Shown here: piece after piece, positions 59,940-64,000 of the stretch
Layout of the letters: each line of letters starts with the position of its first letter
Numbering within the stretch: position 1 is the first letter of the stretch
Source: Nitrospirota bacterium
Lineage (GTDB): Bacteria > Nitrospirota > Thermodesulfovibrionia > Thermodesulfovibrionales > Dissulfurispiraceae
Length of the DNA stretch: 64,000 bases
Reading direction: 5' to 3'
Assembly: GCA_963710375.1 (NCBI GenBank)
Contig: CAVPZX010000002.1
Span: forward strand, 192,001-256,000
Position numbers and translations under genes: made by a program
Notes under the pieces: model-generated
The model's input: the letters and a program-made list of their open reading frames with translations, nothing else
What the model was told of the DNA's origin: nothing
Databases searched by the model: none

Positions 59940-61556
59940 TTATCTCCTCCTGTTTTTTACTTTCGTTATTATATACCCCAATTCTTCACTTTTTATCAAA
60001 TACGCTGTTGCACCATATACTCCGGCGCAAAAAACCATAATTGTGCTTAGGTATGCTGCCTTGCTCAGACCATGTCCGCTTAAAGTCCATAGTGTGTATC
60101 GGCCCGCCAAAAACCATCCAGCTAATCCCATCACAGCGGATGCTGAAAACGTTTTTATAAAAGAAAGGGCGATTCTCCTTGTCCCCAGGCTCCCGATCTT
60201 CTTTCTAAGGAAATAGAAAAGCAGCAGGAAGTTCACGCTAGAGGCCATGGCATTCGCAAAGGCAAGGCCATTGTGCCGCATAGGTCCCATAAGTGCTAGA
60301 CTCAACATGATATTTGTCAGCATTGCCACTGCAGCTATTTTCACCGGCGTCCGGGTGTCCTGCATTGAATAAAACGTCGCAGCAATGACCCTGACACCAA
60401 CAACAGCCCAAATGCCGAGAGAATAGAACATCAAGGCCCCTGAGGTGCCGACCATCGCAGCGTACCCAAACTTTCCTCTTTGAAAAAGTGTTGCCACAAT
60501 AGGGACCCTCAATGCAATGAGCCCTGCCATTGCAGGTATGGTTATAAAAAAAAGCAGACGGAGTGCAAAAGAGAAGTCATCTTTCAACTTATCCATTTCC
60601 CCTCTCACCGAATGCTCCGAGAGCGCGGGGAGCACTGCCATGCCCATGGCAACGCCGAAAACACCTATCGGGAACTGAATAAGGCGCATTGAATAATAAA
60701 GATAGGTAATACTGCCCACCGGCAAATAGGAGGCGAGGATGGTGCTGATGAAAATATTGATCTGAGACACCGCAAGTCCAACAGTAGAAGGAATGATAAG
60801 CAAACCTATTCTTTTCAGCCCTGGGTGCCAGAAAGTACGTCGCGGCCCTGTTGATTCCTCGCCACTGCCCCGTGTCCCCATGTCTTCGTGCCGCCCTATC
60901 AGTGTATATCCCTGCCTTAAAAAAGGCGGAACCTGAAAGAGAAATTGTACCACCCCTCCCGCAGCCACGCCTATTGCGACAGCGATAATCGGATTGGTCA
61001 AGCGCGAGGCCAGTGTGAGGACAGCTATGATAATAACGAGGTTATAAATTGCAGGGGCGAGTGCGGGAATGAAAAAAACACCACGTGTGTTCAACGCCCC
61101 CATCGTCAGAGAGGCAAGACTGATAAAGAGTAGAAAGGGAAACATGATGCGCGTAAGCATCACAGCTGTAGAGAATTTATCCGGCTCCCTTAAAAAACCC
61201 GGGGCTATGGCAGCTACAATCTCCGGAGCAAAGATAATGCCTGCAACAGTAATCAACCCGACAAAAGTCACGATGAACAGGAACACAGACTGTACCAGCC
61301 TGTTGGCCTCTGCCTCGCCTTGTCTTGTCTGGTATTCTGTAAGGACCGGTATGAACGCCGATGAGGTAGACCCTTCAGCAAAAAGTTCCCTGAGCAGGTT
61401 CGGTATCCTGAAAGCTACAAAAAACGCATCTGCCAGGCCGGTAGCTCCGAAAAACCCGGCAACGATCATGTCCTTTGCATAGCCGAGGATACGGCTGATA
61501 AGTGTAGCAGCCGACATCACACCGGCCGCTCTTGCTATTCTGCCTCTTGCGCTCAT
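59940..61556 (-). CDS. murJ: Lipid II flippase MurJ
   Basis: SRILG, DAFFVAFRIPNLLRELFAEG, QFPIGVFG, FYSMQDTRTP. Confidence 0.94.
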   Translation of the reverse strand: MSARGRIARAAGVMSAATLISRILGYAKDMIVAGFFGATGLADAFFVAFRIPNLLRELFAEGSTSSAFIPVLTEYQTRQGEAEANRLVQSVFLFIVTFVGLITVAGIIFAPEIVAAIAPGFLREPDKFSTAVMLTRIMFPFLLFISLASLTMGALNTRGVFFIPALAPAIYNLVIIIAVLTLASRLTNPIIAVAIGVAAGGVVQFLFQVPPFLRQGYTLIGRHEDMGTRGSGEESTGPRRTFWHPGLKRIGLLIIPSTVGLAVSQINIFISTILASYLPVGSITYLYYSMRLIQFPIGVFGVAMGMAVLPALSEHSVRGEMDKLKDDFSFALRLLFFITIPAMAGLIALRVPIVATLFQRGKFGYAAMVGTSGALMFYSLGIWAVVGVRVIAATFYSMQDTRTPVKIAAVAMLTNIMLSLALMGPMRHNGLAFANAMASSVNFLLLFYFLRKKIGSLGTRRIALSFIKTFSASAVMGLAGWFLAGRYTLWTLSGHGLSKAAYLSTIMVFCAGVYGATAYLIKSEELGYIITKVKNRRR

Positions 61557-61690
61557 TCCCTAAACTATTGTCCTTGCATGCCAGGTATGTTTAAAAGTGC
61601 CGGTATTCATTATATCACAGCGGATAAGGTACGCCATGACGAAGAAACCGTGATAACTGAACAATAGCAGGATAATCCGGTATAGAGGCG

Positions 61691-61718
61691 CCCCAAAAAG
61701 TCTTACGACTTTTTGGGG
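61691..61718. repeat. Small hairpin CCCCAAAAAGTC-N4-GACTTTTTGGGG
   Basis: Same 12-bp arms as the insert at 21078-21118; overlaps the stop of the 61703-62296 ORF. Confidence 0.75.
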
Positions 61719-62296
61719 TTTAGGACTTCTTTTACGCCACCCACAACTCCCATCAAAATGTCTTTTACTGATTTGACCGCTGTATTTCCGATACTGCCGG
61801 CAGCTTCGATTGCTCCTTCCACAGCAGCCTTCGCCGCTTCCTCCACGTTGCCGCCTATTTCTTTAGTTGCCTCAACAACCCCGTCAACCGCCTTCCGAGC
61901 AACAGCCGCAACATCTGCTCCAACCTCTGCTGCTCCCCGGACAGCACCCTTTGCCGTTTGGCCGGCCACAGCTACAACATCACCTCCGACATCGCCCACT
62001 CCCATAACAATGCCTTTTGCCATGCTTTTGGTGCTCAGGAGCAGACCTGTGCCAACTTCCTCAGTGGCTGATATAGCTCCTTTGACAACGTCCTTAGTTA
62101 TTGAAAAGCTTTCTGCTGCCACTTCACTGCTCGCCTGCAGAGTGTTCGATACAGTGTCCCGGACAAGATGGACAATCTCCTCTTCGATATTATTGATACC
62201 CCTGAGACTGTTGATAATACCATCCTTTACCGCTGTTCCTGCCGTACCGATTGTTTCGACCTCTTCAGTGCTGCTCATGATCTCTTTCCTGGGCAT
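61703..62296 (-). CDS. Hypothetical Gly/Ala/Val-rich 22-residue helical repeat protein
   Basis: RBS AGGAGG; consecutive 22-mers such as VVAVAGQTAKGAVRGAAEVGAD. Confidence 0.75.
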   Translation of the reverse strand: MPRKEIMSSTEEVETIGTAGTAVKDGIINSLRGINNIEEEIVHLVRDTVSNTLQASSEVAAESFSITKDVVKGAISATEEVGTGLLLSTKSMAKGIVMGVGDVGGDVVAVAGQTAKGAVRGAAEVGADVAAVARKAVDGVVEATKEIGGNVEEAAKAAVEGAIEAAGSIGNTAVKSVKDILMGVVGGVKEVLNPKKS

Positions 62297-62415
62297 AGTA
62301 GTTCCTCCTTATTCATTAAAAAAAGTTAACCTTCAAGGCTCCTTTCTGCAACATCCCTAAAAAAGTGTAGTTCACCCCATGTCCTTTGTCTATTGGAGAA
62401 TTCATTACTTGCCTC

Positions 62416-63111
62416 TCATCTTTGCAGATGGAATGCCACCGGCACCTGCACCCACTCTTCCACCGGGGAATCCCCCTGCCTCGCAGGAACAAAACGCCAG
62501 TTTTTTACTGCCCCGGCAGCTGCCTTGTCCAGGATTTCATACCCCGAGGAATGGGCCATCTCAACTTTCAGTGCAATTCCCTGGCGGCTCACAAGCACTT
62601 TCAACATCACCATCCCTTCGATTCTCATTCGCCTCGCAAATGCTGGGTACTCAGGTTTCGGGTTGTTTAAATAGGCAGCCCCGAACTGTGGAGGTATTAC
62701 TGGTCCTTTAGAATCTACAGTCGGGACTTTTCCGTTGTTTTCGAATCGAGGCTGGATAGGCGGCCCAGTTTGGATATAATCTGAAGTTCCTTTATTTGTG
62801 GCCGGCAGATTTGTTTCAGGCATGGACACAGCCGGTAATGACATAGCGGGAGACTGAGTCTGGATGGTAGACTGTTTTGATGATTGTTGCTCCGGACTGG
62901 ACTGTTGCCTGATAACGTGGCGTACAGGTGGTTTCGGAACAATGATTTGACTGGCTGGAGATGGGAGATTAATCAATTCTACACTTATGGTCTTTAGTTG
63001 TTTGGTTTGCCACGTTAACTGTCCTATCACTGTTCCCCATATCAGCAGAGCCATAAATGATCCCCAAGGCAGGTAACGCAGCACATCATCATTAATATAT
63101 TTGTCCGTCAT
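62416..63111 (-). CDS. tonB: Energy transducer TonB
   Basis: N-terminal TM segment, Pro-rich linker, YLNNPKPEYP..ARR..EG.V, SSGY..LDKAA, WRFVPA. Confidence 0.88.
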   Translation of the reverse strand: MTDKYINDDVLRYLPWGSFMALLIWGTVIGQLTWQTKQLKTISVELINLPSPASQIIVPKPPVRHVIRQQSSPEQQSSKQSTIQTQSPAMSLPAVSMPETNLPATNKGTSDYIQTGPPIQPRFENNGKVPTVDSKGPVIPPQFGAAYLNNPKPEYPAFARRMRIEGMVMLKVLVSRQGIALKVEMAHSSGYEILDKAAAGAVKNWRFVPARQGDSPVEEWVQVPVAFHLQR

Positions 63112-63118
63112 GCTCTTC

Positions 63119-64000
63119 CTAAAAGGTATAAATGAGGCTCAGGCGGCCATTGATCGGCTCAGCCGCGTGAAAGTGTATATCATTTGTCCCTGATCCTCCG
63201 TTAGGTATGGCTGTAGACAAGGGTTCAGTCGAAAGCCTGGACGCATAATAATACGCAATATCGTCTGCTTTGGCATTAAGCAGGTTGAAGCCCTGCAGCA
63301 CCACCTTCAAATTCTTGCTGAATTTATATCCCACCTCCGCCTCCAGCAGGGCAGAAGGCTTTGCAGTTACGCTGTCATCCTGAACAAGCGGATACCGGCC
63401 AAGGTAGCGCAACCGCAGGGTACCAAAATACGGACCCACATCATGTACCGATGCACCGAGGGAAGCGACGCCCTCAGGTGCGTTAGGTATATACTTCCCT
63501 ATGAAAGGAGGATTGCTTGTGTCTGTAACAGTAGTACGTGCCCGGGTATATGCAATATCCGCGTCTATTGTAAGCCAGGGTGTAGGCTTATAATAATTGG
63601 CTAATTCAACGCCCCTGCGCCTGCTTGGCGGGCCGGGCGAAGTCTCACCTCTGTCTCCGTCCCACTCAAGTTCTGAATCAAAATCCAACTGAAATAATGA
63701 CAGCTCGGTCTGAAGCCCCGGTATGAAAGTGGTACGCGCGCCGACCTCGTATCCTTTGGAGCGGACTAGCGGCTTTACCGGTGAATTAGGAAGCGCTCCT
63801 GGGATGCCTGCGTCCGCTATGGGCACGCCATTCTGAATAGTGCTGCGGGCGTCGTTGCTATGAAACCCTTCTCCGACATTGATAAAGTACTCTGTTTTAT
63901 ACCACGGTCCGAATATCATACTTAACTTGGGATTTGCCATGCTGTCTGAGGTCTTGCCCGAATTCCCAACTCCGGAGTTGTCGTTTATCTGTATATAGTC
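63119..64000 (-). CDS. TonB-dependent receptor (C-terminal part; 5' end outside window)
   Basis: GFHSNDAR, beta-barrel pattern, FNLLN, C-terminal Phe. Confidence 0.85.
   Translation of the reverse strand, partial: DYIQINDNSGVGNSGKTSDSMANPKLSMIFGPWYKTEYFINVGEGFHSNDARSTIQNGVPIADAGIPGALPNSPVKPLVRSKGYEVGARTTFIPGLQTELSLFQLDFDSELEWDGDRGETSPGPPSRRRGVELANYYKPTPWLTIDADIAYTRARTTVTDTSNPPFIGKYIPNAPEGVASLGASVHDVGPYFGTLRLRYLGRYPLVQDDSVTAKPSALLEAEVGYKFSKNLKVVLQGFNLLNAKADDIAYYYASRLSTEPLSTAIPNGGSGTNDIHFHAAEPINGRLSLIYTF

Overview
Bacterial chromosomal window from a diderm (TonB system present). Gene content suggests an anaerobic Nitrospirota/Desulfobacterota-like organism; this is inference and was not verified. 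The core backbone holds thrC-like/mec/moeB/hom/aminotransferase, lipA, csp, mazG, satP, purC/purE, htpX, usp, a RuBisCO-like protein plus cupin, trpB2, an aryl-acid cluster (iorA/iorB, three paaK-like ligases, paaI, two ACT proteins, Liv-type ABC transporter), an MCP, comEC, cdaA-cdaR-glmM, gdhA, murJ and tonB/TBDR. There are two accessory regions. The first (about 21.7-28.4 kb) is a putative sigma54-driven operon of three exported phosphoesterase lipoproteins next to a tyrosine (HUH) transposase bounded by perfect 26-bp terminal inverted repeats. The second (about 43.6-53.5 kb) has a tandem duplication at the comEC start with an orphan copy of that terminal repeat, an AT-rich 1357-aa NACHT/STAND protein with a C-terminal PD-(D/E)xK nuclease, and decaying oxidoreductase genes. 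The most unexplained signal is a set of 140-225 bp rod-like palindromic intergenic elements. Two otherwise unrelated families share an exact 20-bp core and show compensatory changes between copies, and one copy has a smaller hairpin element inserted into that core. No rRNA, tRNA or CRISPR array was seen.
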